This document shows, in pieces, positions 11,965-25,875 of a stretch of DNA of 64,000 bases (its first letter is position 1; each line of letters opens with the position of its first letter). The stretch covers positions 1,984,001-2,048,000 of the forward strand of contig NC_086097.1 of the NCBI RefSeq assembly GCF_963921235.1, given 5' to 3'. A model generated the notes under the pieces. The model was not told the DNA's origin. It saw only the letters and a program-made list of their open reading frames with translations, and searched no databases. The stretch comes from Mobula hypostoma (taxonomy: Eukaryota). Made by a program: the position numbers and the translations under genes.

Positions 11965-12612
11965 ATAGACATCAATGGATCTGGGGTGAGAGGGTAAACA
12001 GCTTTAAGTTCCTCGGCATCCACATCACTGAGGACCTCACATGGTCTGTACACACCAGCTGTGTGGTGAAAAAGGCACAACAACGCCTCTTTCACCTCAG
12101 ACAGTTGAGGAAGTTTGGTATGGGCCCCCAAATCCTAAGAACTGTCTATAGGGGCACAATTGAGAGCATCCTGACTGGCTGCATCACTGCCTGGTATGGG
12201 AACTGTACTTCCCTCAATCGCAGGACCCTGCAGAGAGTGGTGCGGACAGCCCAGCACATCTGTGGATGTGAACTTCCCACTACTCAGGACATTTACAAAG
12301 ACACGTGTGTAAAAAGTGCCTAAAGGATCATTGGGGACCAGAGTCACCCCAACCACAATCTATTCCAGCTGCTACCATCCGGGAAACGGTACCGCAGCAT
12401 AAAAGCCAGGACCAACAGGCTCCAGGACAGCTTCTTCCACCAGGCCATCAGACTGATTAATTCATGCTGACGCAACTGTATTTCTATGTTATATTGACTA
12501 TCCCGTTGTACATTATATTTATCACAAATTACTATAAATTGCACATTGGACATTTAGATGGTGATGTAAAGATTTCTACTCCTCATGTAAGTAATAAAGT
12601 CAATTCAATTCA
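11965..12612 (+). mobile_element. Rex1/Babar 3' fragment
   Basis: KKAQQRLFHLRQLRKFG..ESILTGCITAWYGNC..LPSGKRYRSIKARTNRLQDSFF, AATAAA and a (CAATT)n tail. Same family as 35745-36697. Confidence 0.88.
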
Positions 12613-12894
12613 ATATCGATGTCATTTATAACACAGAGGCTGATAGATTCTTGATTGGTCAGGGCATGAAGGGATTTGGGGAAAAGGCAGGAGACTGGAG
12701 CTGACAGAGATATTGGATCAGTCATGATGAAATGACTCGATGGGCCAAGAGGCCTAATTCTGCTCCTGTATCTGATCGTCTTGTACTAACTGCTGATCCA
12801 AGTAACTGGATGGTAAAGATCCCAAGATATTGTTCAAAGAAGAGCAAGAATTTCTACTGATGCCCCGATTAATATTCCACCCTTAATGAATGAG

Positions 12895-14560
12895 GTGAGG
12901 GCCTCCATTGGTCAGAGTTAACCATGGATATTGCGTCCCAGATGTCTAGATACGCAAGCCTGGGCAGTACGATATGGAGAGCAAGCTGTTGCCCATGTAA
13001 CAATCTCCCCGTCTCCACACATCTGATGAACTCAAAGGAATGACAGAGACCGATACAGTTCGGTACCAGCAACATCGTAGAAGTCGTCAGTCAGCATTGA
13101 ACTCAACGTAGGACTGCCTTGGGGACTCCAGCTCCGGATTTTCCCCTCGTGGTTTACTCCTGAATCTTTCCCCATGAGTGGGTGTCACTGCAAGGCCACG
13201 GGGGTTAGAGATCAGAGTTTTCCTTCTCCAGGATGAGCTACCAACAACAGCTAACAAGCTCCATCTGCCCGAAGTGACTGGATTTAAAGTGCCAGTAACC
13301 CGTCTTTGCCCCTTCTCCTGTCAGTAGAAACAGTTCCTCCAGGCTCCGTAGCAAAGCCATACGTGGATCCAGAACTGGCTTACTCACAGAAGGCAAAGAA
13401 TGGTTGTAGATGGGTCACATCCTGCATGGAGGTCGGTGACCAGTGGTGTGCCTCAGGGATCTGTTCTGGGACCCTTACTCATTGTGATTTTTATAAATGA
13501 CCTGGATGAGGAAGTGGAGGGTTGGGTTAGTAAAGTTGCTGATGACACAAAGGTTGGAGGTGTTGTGGATAGTGTGGAGGGCTGTCAGAGGTTACAGCAG
13601 GACATTGATAGGATGCAAAACTGGGCTGAGAAGTGGCAGATGGTGTTCAACCCAGATAAGTGTGAGGTGGTTCATTTTGGTAGGTCAAATATGATGGCAG
13701 AATATAGTATTAATGGTAAGACTCTTGGCAGAGTGGAGGATCAGAGGGATCTTGGGGTCCGAGTTCATAGGGCACTCAAAGCTGCTGCGCAGGTTGACTC
13801 TGCAGTTAAGAAAGCTTACGGTGCATTGGCCTTCATCAATCGTGGGATTGAGTTTAGGAGCCGAGAGGTAATGTTGCAGCTATATAGGACCCTGGTCAGA
13901 CCCCACTTGGAATACTGTGGTTAGTTCTGGTCGCCTCACTACAGGAAGGATGTGGAAACCATAGAAAGGATGCAGAGGAGATTTACAAGGATGTTGCCTG
14001 GATTGGGGAGCATGCCTTATGAGAACAGTTTGAGTGAACTCGGCCTTTTCTCCTTGGAGAGATGGAGGATGAGAGGTGACCTGATAGAGGTGTACAAGAT
14101 GGTGAGAGGCATTGATCGTGTAGATAGTCAGAGGCTTTTTCCCAGGGCTGAAAGGGCTGCCATGAGAGGGCACAGTTTTAAGGTGCTTGGAAGCAGGTAC
14201 AGAGGAGATGTCAGGGATAGGTATTTTACACAGAGAGTGGTGAGTGCGTGGAATGGGCTGCCGGCGATGGTGGTGGAGGCGGATACAATAGGGTCTTTTA
14301 AGAGACTCCTGGATAGGTACATGGAGCTTAGCAAAATAGAGGGCTATGGGTAACCCTAGGTCATTTCTCAAGTAAGTACATGTTTGGCATAGCATTGTGG
14401 GCCGAAGGGACTATTTTGTTCTGTAGTTTTCCTGTGTTTCTATGTGAAGGCCAGGAGCTGGACTTGGTTGTCAGAAGCTATTTGAGACACACGCCACTGG
14501 GAGTATTTAATAGGCAGTTTTTGCTTTTCCCCATGACCACCCCTCCCCCAGCTATAATAA
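12895..14560 (-). mobile_element. Non-autonomous RTE-related/SINE-like element split by a CR1 insertion
   Basis: 12895-13365 shares its 3' region (GTACCGAACTGTATCGG..TGGAGA.GGGGAG..ACTGCCCAGGCTTG) with the SINE at 15606-15906. It appears to resume after 14445. Confidence 0.5.
13367..14443 (+). mobile_element. 5'-truncated CR1 (family C), RT to 3' end
   Basis: [53 protein letters not shown], with one in-frame stop. Confidence 0.92.
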
Positions 14561-14671
14561 CTTTAAGGGACCATAGTGAATACCAGTAATAAAAGTCACA
14601 TTGTTGTTGATAACTCTCATGCAGGATGTCCACTGTTTTTACAATAATAAATACCATTAATGAAAATCAAT

Positions 14672-14912
14672 CATTTATTGAGATACAGTGCAGAATACCC
14701 CCTTTGAGCTACAATGCCCTGATTTAACCCCAGCCCCGCACAGGACAATTTACAACGACCAATTAACTTACCAACCAGTGTGTCTTTGGACCGTGGGAGG
14801 AAACCAGAGCACCCGGAGGACGTACAGACTCCTTACGGATGGCATCAGAATTGAACTCTGAACTCCGACGGCCCGAGCTCCAATAGTGTTGCCCTAACCG
14901 CTGTACTACCAT
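14672..14912 (-). mobile_element. tRNA-derived V-SINE (HE1-like)
   Basis: Minus strand shows GGTAGTACAGCGGTTAG (A-box-like), AGTTCAATTC (B-box-like) and the V-domain CCTCCGGGTGCTCTGGTTTCCTCCCAC..CCAAAGAC. Confidence 0.75.
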
Positions 14913-15082
14913 AGAACACCATTCACTTCTGCACAAGTTGACGCCAGGCTGAGACATTAGTTACTTCTGTCAAAAACCTCTTGATTTCAGTGTCTGATAT
15001 GTAACTAATATAGAAAATATGACAATTTTCCAAAATTTTACCCAGTTGACCTTCCCAAGAAGCCTTCATTCCATCTCGGAAT

Positions 15083-15304
15083 TGTTATTATTTGTAGCTT
15101 CAAAACATAAAAGCTAATTGCAGTAAAACTCGGGAGTCCGAAATGCTCCGAGTGTTAGTTTGTGTTTACTTCAAGCGAGGTGCACACATGTCGTGTGGTG
15201 GTGTTATGGTTTTTGCATGCAGCCATAATGAATCAAAGGATGCTTTATCAATCCATAGATTTACAACTGTATTCAAATATTACTGAAATATTAAATACAC
15301 AACA
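15083..15304 (-). mobile_element. Short solo LTR (222 bp)
   Basis: TGTT...AACA termini and 5-bp TSD GGAAT/GCAAT. Related copies at ~38648-38900 and ~58742-58840. Confidence 0.65.
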
Positions 15305-15605
15305 GCAATCAAAGCGAGAATTTGGCGCAATTATTCTTTCTGACGAAGAGCTTCTCTGAAACACTTTAGAGCACTCACTTTCCTCATGGGCTGAATTTGG
15401 TTTAAGTGATTTGGTATTCCACACTGTCACCCCTCCTCCCCCACCCCCACCCCACCCTCCATTACCCACCCACCCCAGAAACAAGTTCTCAGAATTTTAA
15501 GTTCAAGTTTGATAGTCATTCAACCGCATGGCTTAGCCAAACAGTATTGCTCTGGGGCCAAGGTGCAAAACACAGTACCAACAGCCACACAAGGCGCATA
15601 TAATT

Positions 15606-15906
15606 TGAAAAAGGCATCTGTTAGTCTCGTGAGACCATAGATTTGTGCCTTGGAAGGTTTACAAGGCTCAGGCCTGGGCAAGGTTGTATGGAAGGCGGGC
15701 AGTTGCCAAGTCTCCCCTCTCCACGCCACCGATGTTGTCCAAGGGAAGAGCACTAGGGCCGATACAGCTTGGCACCGGTGTCGTCGCAGAGCAATGTGTG
15801 GATAAGTGCCTTGCTCAAGGGCACAACACGCTGCCTCAGCTGAGGCTTGAACTAGCGACCTTCAGATCACTAGACCAACGCCTTAACCACTTGGCCACGC
15901 GCCAAC
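15606..15906 (-). mobile_element. Complete tRNA-derived SINE with CORE-like domain
   Basis: A box TGGCCAAGTGG, B box AGTTCAAGCC, CORE-like GTGTTGTGCCCTTGAGCAAGGCACTTA. 14-bp TSD AGGCGCATATAATT (15592-15605) and AGGTGCATATAATT (15907-15920). Confidence 0.85.
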
Positions 15907-16699
15907 AGGTGCATATAATTACACTAGCAGTAAACACATCGTTACACAAAAACTACTAATAATATAGGCAAATTCCTGAGTGATGAGTCCTGTAGATTGA
16001 TGGGCGTGGGATGCATTCAGCAAGAACAAGCCCATGGTAGTCAGATTATCACCTGTTAGTGTGGCCACAAACGTAATCCACCAAGTGAACACTGGAGGGC
16101 AGCACAGAGCCCAGTGTGCCTATCGTTGCCTCTGCCCTCTCTCCATACTCTTATAATATAACGCACTAGGAAATCTTGTAACCTTTGATTTGTAAATCTT
16201 GTACATCTTATTTTTAAGGTAACTTTTTAATTCTTTCTTACTTCTTTCTAATATTTGTATATCTGTGCAATTGTAATGCTCCTGTGACACTGTAATTTCC
16301 TTTGGGATCAATAAAGTAACTATCTAATATTTTGTTTTATGTGCTGTGTTTTGTGGGTGGACTGTGTCTGGGGGAACATTGTTTCATTTGGTTGTATAAC
16401 GTACATTCAGTTGACAATGAGCTTAAACTTGAAGTTAAAGAACAGACGCAGGACAGGTCTTTTTTTACAAAGAGTGCCAACTGTATGGAATGTATTTCCT
16501 GGAGTGATTTTGGAAGTGGATACAATAGTGATCTCTAAATGCTTTCAGATAGGCTCATAAATATCCAGGGAATGGAGGGATATGGACAGTATAGGCAAAC
16601 AGGATTAGTTTAATGTGGCCATAGGTTCTGCAGCTGTACTGTACTGTTTCAAAGTCAGAGATTCAAACTACATTTATTTTCAAAGTGTGTATGCAGAAT

Positions 16700-18660
16700 A
16701 CAACCCTATATTGTATTGCCATTTCTTTGCCCATTCTCCTAATTTTTCTAATTCCTTCTGTAGCCTCTCTACTTCCTCAAAACTACCTGCCCCTCCATCC
16801 ATCTTCACATGATCTGCAAACTTTGCAACAAAGTCATCAATTCCATCATTGAATCAGTCCCAACACAAACCCCTGTGGAACACCACGAGTCACCAGCAGC
16901 TAGACAGAAAAGGCTCCCTTTATTCCCACTCTTTGCCTCATGCCAATGAGCCAATGCTTTCTCCATGCTAGAATCTTTCCTGTAATTCCATGGGCTCTTA
17001 GCTTGTTAAGCAGCCTCATGTGTGGCACCTTGTCAAAGACCTTCTGAAATCGTACAATCGTACAGCGAGGAACTGGAGGGGATGGTGAGTTTTCTTGGCC
17101 ATGGTGTCGAAAGCAATCATTCGACAGGAACTTGGCTCTATCTGCCTTGGTTCTGGTGATTGTTCTGAAATACGTAGGTAGAGGGGGGTGAAAATGGATG
17201 AAACATAATGGACAAACAGAAACTCATTTACTTTTGACACTATAAAACACTGTATTTTCATATATCTGACCACTTGCTGAAACAGACTCTACAATCCATA
17301 TCGACCTGATATTGTTAAAATTGTAATCAAGTATTTTCTCTAAGTGTCAGAAGTTCTCCTTTATTATCAAAGTGCTTATACTGTACACAACCTTAAGATT
17401 TGTCTTCTTGCAGGCAGCCACCAAACAAAGAAGCACAATAGAATTGACAAAGAAACCCACACAATGAAGACCAACAAATATCTAATGAGCAAAAGAGGAC
17501 GAATCATACAAATAAAAATAAATATATAGAACATGGGCTGACGAGTGTCTGAAGGCAAGTCCACAGTCTGTGAAACCAGGACAGGAGCCTGACGGCTGCC
17601 GGGCACAACTGCTCCCAAACTTGGTGGCACAGGACCCAAGACTCCTGCACCTCCCACCACAGGGAAGTGTCCAGTCCCAGCGATGGCCACCACGGCTCTT
17701 TCTGCATTCTCGCAAGTCAAGTTTGCCAAATCCTTCAGGAGACCACAAGACAAAGGAACAGAATGACGCCATTCAGCCCATCGAGTCTGCTCCACCATTC
17801 CATCATGGCTGATCCCAGATCCCAGTCAATGCCATACACCTGCCTTCTCGCCATATCCTTTGAAGTCCTGACCGATCAGGAAACTATCAATTTCCGCCTT
17901 AAATACACCCATAGACTTTGCCTTTACCGCAGTCTGTGGCAGAGTATTCCACAGATTCACTACTCCCTGGCTAAAAAATTCCTCCTAAATGGTCATCCCT
18001 CAATTTTGAGGCTGAGCCCTCTGGTTCTGGATACCACCACTATAGGAAACATCCTGTCCACATCCACCCCATCTCGTCCTTTCAATATTCAGTAGGTTTC
18101 AATACAAGTTCACATCACCTGGTTCCCCAGTGTCTGTCCTGCTTATTTCTTCAAAGAATTCAAACAGATTTGTCGGGCAAGATTTTCCCTTGAAGAACTC
18201 ATGCTGACTACAGTCTATTTTATCATCATGTGCTTCCCGAGACATCATTGTTAATAATCGACTCCCACCACAGAGGTCAGACTAACTGGCCTATAATTTC
18301 CTTTCTTCAGCCTCTCTGCCCTTTTGAAGAGTGGAGTGACATTTTGAAATTTTCCAGTCTTCAGGAACCATTCCAGAATCTAGTGATTCTTGAAAGATCA
18401 TTACTAATGCCTCCATAATCTCTTAAGCTACCTCTTTCAGAACTTTGGGGTGTACATCATCTGATCCAGGTGACTATCTACCTTCAGACCTTTAAGTTTC
18501 CCAAGACCCTTCTCTCTAATCATGGTAACTTCACGCACTTCATGACCGCTGACTCTGGAAATTCCACCATACTGTTAGTGCCTTCCGCAGTCAAGATTAA
18601 AGTAAAATACTTATTCAGTTCTTTCAGCATTTCTTCTCCCGCAGTACTACCTCTCCAGCA
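16700..18660 (-). mobile_element. Cluster of decayed CR1 fragments (~16700-17050 and ~17740-18660) with intervening other repeats
   Basis: Nucleotide similarity to the CR1 RT region (TGTGGCACCTTGTCAAAG) and 3' end (GCCCATCGAGTCTGCTCC). Confidence 0.7.
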
Positions 18661-18694
18661 GTGATCTCAGCGGCTCAGCGGTCCAATGCCCAGG

Positions 18695-20395
18695 AGCTGG
18701 CTTTTTACAGAGGTTTGTGCTTGAGCCCACTCGGGGAAAGGCTGTCATAGATTGGGTGTTGTGTAATAACCCAGACCTTGTTAGGGAGCTTAATGTAAAG
18801 GAAGCCTTAGGAGGAGGTGATCGTAATATGATTGAATTCATACTGCAATTTGTGAGGGAGAAGCACAAGTCACATGTGTCAGTATCGCAATGAAATTAGA
18901 GGAATAACAGAGGCACGAGAAAGAAGCTTGCCTTTGAAGTTCTCAAATGGCGGGGGTAGGCAACCATGGTTGACAAGGGAAGGTAAGGACTGCATAAAAG
19001 CAAAGGAAAGGTAGCAAAAGTGATTAGGAAGTTGAATAATTAGGAAGTTTTTAAAATCCAATGAAAGGCAACTGAAAAAACTATTAAAAGATGAAATATG
19101 AGGACAGACTAGCCAATAATGTAAAGCAGGATTCTTTACAGTTATATCAAGAGTGAAAGGAGGGTGAGAGTTAATATTGGACCGCTGGAAAATGATGCTG
19201 GTGAGGTAGTAATGGGGGACAAAGAAATGGCAGATGAAATTAATGGGTACTTTGCATCTGTCTTCACTGTGGAAGACACTAGCAGTGTGCCAGAGGTCCG
19301 TGAGTGTCAGGGAGCAGGAGTGAGTGCCATTTCTGTTACAAAGGGAAAAGTTCTAGGCAAACTCAAAGGTCTTAAGGTGGATAAGTCACCTGGGCCAGAT
19401 GGACTACATCCCAGAGTCCTGAGAGAGGTTGCTGAAGAGATAACGGATGCATTGGTCATGATCTTTGAAGAATCACTTGGTCCCAGAGGAATGGAAGATT
19501 GTAAATGTCACTCCACTCTTTAAGGAGGGAGGAAGATAAAAGAAAGGAAATTATAAGCCAGTTAGCCTAACCTCAGTGGTTGGGAAAATGTTGAAGTCTA
19601 TTATTAAGGATGAGGTTTCGGGGTACTTGGAGACTAATGATAAAATAAGTCAAAGTCAGCATGGTTTCTGTAAAGGAAAATCTTGCCTGACAAATCTGTT
19701 AGAATTCTTTGAGGAAGTAACAAGCAGGGTGGACAAAGGAGAGGCAGTGGATGTCACTTACTTGGATTTTCAGGAGGTGTTTGATAAGGTGCCACACATG
19801 AGGCTGCTTAACACGATAAAATCCTATGACATTACAGGAAAGATACTGGTATGGATAGAGGAATGGCTGACAGGCAGGAGGCAGCGACTGGGAATAAAAG
19901 GGGCCTTTTCTGGTTGGCTGTTAGTGACTAGTGGTGTTCCTCAGGGGTCAGTATTGGGACCACTACTTTTCACATTGTTTGTCACTGATTTAGATAATGG
20001 AATTGATGACTTTGTGGCCAAGTTTGTGGAGGGATAGTTAGTGCTGAGGAAGCAATGTAATTGCAACAGGACTTAGACAATTTGGAAGAATGGACAAAGA
20101 AGTGGCAGATGGAATACAGTGTTGGGAAATGTATGTTAATGTATTTTGGTAAAAGGAACAATAGTGCAGACTATTATCTAAATGGGGAGAAGGTTCAAAC
20201 ATCAGAGGTGCAGAGGGAGTTACGAGTTCTTGTACAAGACTCCCAGAAAGTTAACTTACAGGTTGAGTCTGTGGTAAAGAAGGCAAATACAATGTTGGCA
20301 ATCATTTCAAGGGGAATAGAATATAAAAGCAAGGAGATAATGCTGAGCCTTCATAAGACACTGGTCAGGCCGCACTTGGATATTGTCAACAGTCT
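18695..20395 (+). mobile_element. Decayed CR1 ORF2 fragment
   Basis: [49 protein letters not shown], with several frameshifts. Confidence 0.9.
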
Positions 20396-21480
20396 AAGCT
20401 TTGAAACAATTAATTGAAGGGAAAATATCACAGGTCAGAGGGTCCCAACCTGGAGGCCAGGGGCACCTCAGTTAATGGCAGGGGTCCATGGCGTAAAAAA
20501 GGTTGGAAACTCCTGCCATAGATACTGAGAATTTGAAATAAACACAGAGAGTGCCAGGTCAAGCATCACTGTGGAGTGAGAAACAGCATCGGTATCTTGG
20601 GCTCCTCGATCCCCATGGACGGATATTCAGTCTGGGACATCAGTTCTATTTCCGTTTCACAGGAGTTAGAACAGTTCAGCATGGGAACAGACCCCTTGGC
20701 CACTCTGTTGTGCCAAACCAATTAAGCGAATAGTCAGCTGGCCAACTAGACTAATCTCCTCTGCCTACACATTATCCATACCCTTCTATTTTCCTACATT
20801 CATGTGACCATGAGACATAGGAGCAGAATTAGGCCATTTGGCCCATTGAGTCTGCTCTGTCATTCAGTCGTGACTGACCCTTTTTTCCCCTCCCTGCCAA
20901 TCAAGAATCTATCAAGCTCTGCCTTAAATACACCCAATCACCTGGCCTCCACAGCTGCCTGTGGTAACAAATCCCACAAATTCACTGCCCTCTGTAAAGA
21001 AATTTCTCTGCATCTCCGTTTTAAATGGATGCCCCGCTATAGAAAACATCCTTCCACATCTACTCTGTCCAAGCCCTTCAACATTCAAAAGGTTTCAACG
21101 AGAACCCCCTTCATCCTTCTAAATTCCAGCGAGTACAGACCCAGAGCCATCAAATATACCCCGTATGATAACACTTTCATTCCCAGCAGCTCCTCTGGAC
21201 CCTCTCCAATGCCAGCACATCTTTTCTAAGATAAGGGGCCCAAAACTGTTCACAATACTCAAGGTGAGGCCTCACCAGTGCCTTATAAAGCCTCAGCATC
21301 ACATCCCTGCTCTTGTATTCCAGACTTCTTGAAATGAATGCTAACATGGCATTTGCCTTCCTCACCACCAACTCAACCTTGAAGTTATCCTTTAGGTTGT
21401 TCTGCACAATGACTCCCAGGTCCCTTTGCATCTTAGATTTTTGGATTTTCTCGCCATTTAGAATATAATCTGCACATTTA

Positions 21481-22374
21481 TGTAACCAGATGACTGTTGA
21501 ATATCATTTTTATTATTAAAGTGCACCTTGGTAATGCTGCAATAGCTGCCTGTGCCTTTAAGAGAATACAGTGATGTCATTATGCACGTGTGGAGTAGAA
21601 GGAAGAGTTGCCCTGTTATAAAGAGAATGACATCCAAGTGCATTTCCCAGGTTTGGTGAGGAAAGATGAATAATATCTGATAATACCCATGTAAATTCTT
21701 TTACGCTTGTTTGTAAATATAGAATATTGGTAATTTGACATGTTTTACATGTGGATGCTTTAGATTTTTGTGAGTAAGGTATTGGCGCTGAGTAGCATGG
21801 TTGTGAGAAGCTCCTTACCGGCCTAGTAGGTTAGTCTTTTTAGTAATTTAACTACAAGGCAATTTATTGTAAAAGCTTATTTTTGTCTTTCTTTATTGTT
21901 TCATGACTGAATGTGAATGTAACAGAGTAATGTGAAAGTGTTAATCTCCGTTCACCTAGCGTGAGCGAAGAGAACTCATTTTAAGGTCTAGCCTATATGT
22001 GTTTGGAGGTTAAGCACGTGTGTGTCAAAGTGAGTGTATCTCTTAGTTAAGACGAGATGTATTTATTCATATTATGTATAACGTACAGGGTTGGTGGGAT
22101 CGTAATGTTGTTTGTGTTGTTTTTTTTAGAATTGCCACTGCCGTATTGGTTTTGTATATTTTGTTTTATTTATTTTCATACTGCATATGTAGCAAGGGTA
22201 TGGTTCAAAATTAAGCTGAGGTTGTAACAGCAGGAACTGTGATTTTTTAATTAATTTTGTCATTTTTATTTTGATACCCTCTTTCTGCATTAAAACATCT
22301 AAAGCAGATTTAACAGAATTAAAGACCCGAAAAAGTATTTGTTGACCTGTGCGTGCATTTTACCCCAGGATACA
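21481..22374 (+). mobile_element. Probable solo LTR (~894 bp) inserted in CR1
   Basis: TGTAACC...GGATACA termini, ATTTA on both sides (offset by 2 nt on the right), ATTAAA signals near the right end. It interrupts a contiguous CR1 RT sequence. Confidence 0.6.
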
Positions 22375-23608
22375 AAATTTATTTCAACTACCAAAGCGCA
22401 TGGCCATGCATTTCCCAACAATGTCTTTCATTTGCCACTTCCTTGCCCATTCTCCTAATCTGTCTAAGTCCTTCTGCATCCTGCCTGTTTCCTCAACACT
22501 ACCTGGCCCTCCACCAATCTCCGTATCATCTGCAAACTTGGAAACAAAGCCATCTATTCCATCACCTAATTCATTTATTTACAGCATAAAAAGAAGCCGT
22601 CCCAACAACGACCCCTGCGACAAAGCATTAGTCACTGGCAGCCAACCAGAAAAGGATCCTTTTATTGCTACTTGCTGCCCCATATCAATCAGCCAATGCC
22701 CCAATCATACCAGTAACTTTCCTGTAATACTATAGACTCTTAACTTGGTAAACAGCCTCATGTGTGGCACCTTGTCAAAGGTCTTCTGAAAGTCCAAATA
22801 TACAACATCCACTGCATCCCCTTTATCTATCCGACATGTAATCTCCTCAAAGAACTCCAACAGGTTTGTCAGGCAAGATTTTCCCTTAAGGAAACCATGC
22901 TGACTTTGTCCTATCTTGTCCTGTGTCACCAAGTACTGCATCACCTCATCCTTAACAATTGACTTCAACATCTTCCCAACCACTGAGGTCAGGTTGACTG
23001 GTCTATAATTTCCTTTCTGCTGCCTTCCTCCTTTCTTAAAGAGCAAAGTGACACTTGCAGTTTTCAAGTCCTCTGGCACCATGATTTTTGAAAGATCATT
23101 ACCAAAGCCTCCACAATCTCTACCACTACCCTAGGGCGCAGTTCCTCTGGTCCGGGTGACTTATGTACCCTTAGGTCTTTCAGATTTTTGAGCACCTTCT
23201 CCTTTGTAATAGTAACTGCACTCAGTTCTCTTCCTTGAATCCCTTCAACATCTGGCACACTGCTAGTGTCTTCCACAGTGAAGACTGATATAAAATACTC
23301 ATTTATTTCATCTGTTATCTTCTTGGCCTCCGTTATTATTTCTCCTGCCTCACTTTACATACTTGAAAAAACTTTTACTATCCACTTTGATATTGACTGC
23401 TAGTTGCTTTCATATTTCATTTTTTCCCTCCTAATGATTCTTTTAGTTGCTCTCTGCAGGGTTTTAAAAGTCTCCCAATCTTCTGTCTTTGCTTTGTTGT
23501 ATGCCCTCTCTTTTGCTTTTTCATTAGCTTTGACTTCCCTTGTCAGCCAAGGTTGTACTATTTTACCATGTGAGTATTTCTTTGTTTTTGGAATACATCT
23601 ATCCTGGA

Positions 23609-23870
23609 CATAGAAACATAGAAAACCTACAGTACAATGCAGGCCCTTCAGCCCACAATGCTGTGCCGAGCATTTACTTACTTTAGAAATTACCTAGAGT
23701 TACCCATAGCCCTCTATTTTTCTGAGCTCCATGTACCTATCCAGGAGTCTCTTAAAAGACCCTATCATATCCGCCTCCACCACTATCACCGGCAGCCCAT
23801 TCCACGCACTCACCACTCTCTGCGTAAAAAAACTTACCCCTGACATCTTCTCTGTACCTACTTCCAAGCA
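23609..23870 (-). mobile_element. Short CR1 family-C 3' end inserted in CR1
   Basis: (CATAGAAA)n tail, reverse-complement match to ~14180-14443. Confidence 0.8.
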
Positions 23871-25216
23871 CCATGGGCCTTCATCATTTTTCCCAGAAAC
23901 TCACGCCATTGCTGCTCTGCTGATTTCCCCGGCATCAACTCCTTCTAATTTGCTCTGGCCAACTCCTCCCTCATACCACTGTAATTTCCCTTACTCCACT
24001 GAAATACCACTATGCCAAACTTTACTTTCTCTCTATTAAATTTCAAGTTGAACTCAGTCATATTGTGATCACTGCCTCCTAAATGTTCTTTTACCTTAAG
24101 GTCCTTAATTGCCTCCAGTTCATTACATAACAGCCAAACCAGTATAGCTGATCCCCTAGTGGGCTCAACAGCAAACTGCTCTAAAAAGCCATCTCGTAGG
24201 CAACCTCAGTCTCTTGAGATCCATTACCAACCTGATTTTCCCAATCAGCCGGCATGTTAAAATCTCCCATAACTATCATAACATTGCCCTTTCGATATGC
24301 CTTTTCTATCGCCATTGTAATCTGTGGTCCACATCCCAGCTACTGTTGGGAGGCCTGTAGATAACTGCCATCAGGGTCCTTTTACCATTGCAGTTTCTTA
24401 ACTCAGTCCACAAAGATTCAACATCTTCTGATCCTATGTCAGATCTTTCTACTGATTTGACGCCATTCTTTACCAGCAGAGCCACACCACCCCCTCTGCC
24501 GACCTTCCTATCCCTCTGATACAACGTGCAACCTTGGACATTCAGCTCCCAACTACAACCATCCTTCAGCCATGACTCAGTGATGGCCACAACATCAAAC
24601 CCAACAATCTGTAATAGAGCAACAAGATCAGCCACCTTATTTTGTATACTCCATGCACTGAGATATAACACTTTCATACTGTATTTGTTATCCTTTTTTG
24701 ATTCTGCATCCCTAATGCACTGATACTCACCCTGCTGGCTGCAGTTCTGTCCTACTGCCTGCCCTTCCTGACTGCATGCTATCTTTACATTTTTACCATC
24801 GGTCCAATCCTGAGTCCCTTCACTCCAGTTCCCGCCCCCCCCTCAAATTAGTTTGAACCCTCCCCAACAGCTCTAACAAACCTGCTCATGAGAATATTGG
24901 TCCCCCTTGAGTTCAGGTGCAACCCGTCATTTTTGAACAGGTCATACCTCCCCCAGAAGAGATCCCAATGATCCAAGAACCTGAAGCCCTGCCCCCTGCA
25001 CCAGCTTCTCAGTCATGCATTTATTTGCCAAATGATCCTGTTTCTACCCTCACTGGCACGTGATACAGGTAGCAATCCAGAAATTACTATCCTGGAGGAC
25101 CTGCTTCTCAGCTTTCTACCTAGCTCTCTCTGCTTTTCAGGACCTCTTTGCTTTTCCTTCCTATGTCATTGGTACCAATATGTACCAAGACATCTGGCTG
25201 TTCTCCTTCTCCAAAC

Positions 25217-25875
25217 TAAGACAATAAGACATAGGAGCAGCATTAGGCCATCTGGCCCATCGAGTCTGCTCCACCATTCAATCATGGCTGATCCTTTTTT
25301 TCTCCTCCTCAACCCCAGTTCCCGGCCTTCTTCCCGTAATTTTTTATGCCATGTCCAGTCAAGAACCTATCAATCTCGGCCTTAACTACACTCAACGACC
25401 TGGCCTCCACAGCTGCATGTGGCAACAAATTCCACAAATTCACCACCCTCTGGCTAAAGAAATTTCTCCGTATCTCTGTTTTAAATGGATGCCCCTCTAT
25501 CCTGAGGCTGTGGCCTCTTGTCCTAGACTCCCCCACCATGGGAAACATCCTTTCCACATCTACTCTGTCTAGGCCTTTCAACATTCGAAAGGTTTCAATG
25601 AGATCTCCCTCAACTTTTTGAATTCCAGTGAGTACAGACCCAGAGCCATCAAATGTTCCTCGTATGATAACCCTTTCATTCCTGGAATCATTCTTGTGAA
25701 CCTCCTCGGAACCCTCTCCAATGCAGCATATCTTTTCTGAGATGAGGAGCCCAAAACTGTACGCAATACTCAAGGTGAGGCCTCACCAGTGCCTTATAAA
25801 GCCTCAGCATCACATCCCTGCTCTTGTATTCTAGACCTCTTGAAATGAATGCTAACATTGCATTTGCCTTTCTCA
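25217..25875 (-). mobile_element. 5'-truncated CR1 inserted in the ORF1 of an older CR1
   Basis: TAAGAC-type tail and C-terminus FFSQRVVNLWNLLP..GIKNYGKKAGNWG. Host ORF1 resumes at 25876. Confidence 0.85.

Noticed and set aside
15830..15906. tRNA gene
   Set aside because: It has A/B boxes but is the head of a TSD-flanked SINE. No proper acceptor stem or terminator was evident.
17060..17095. Plus-strand splice donor GGGATG|GTGAGT
   Set aside because: The upstream sequence is an antisense CR1 fragment with no credible acceptor or coding context.
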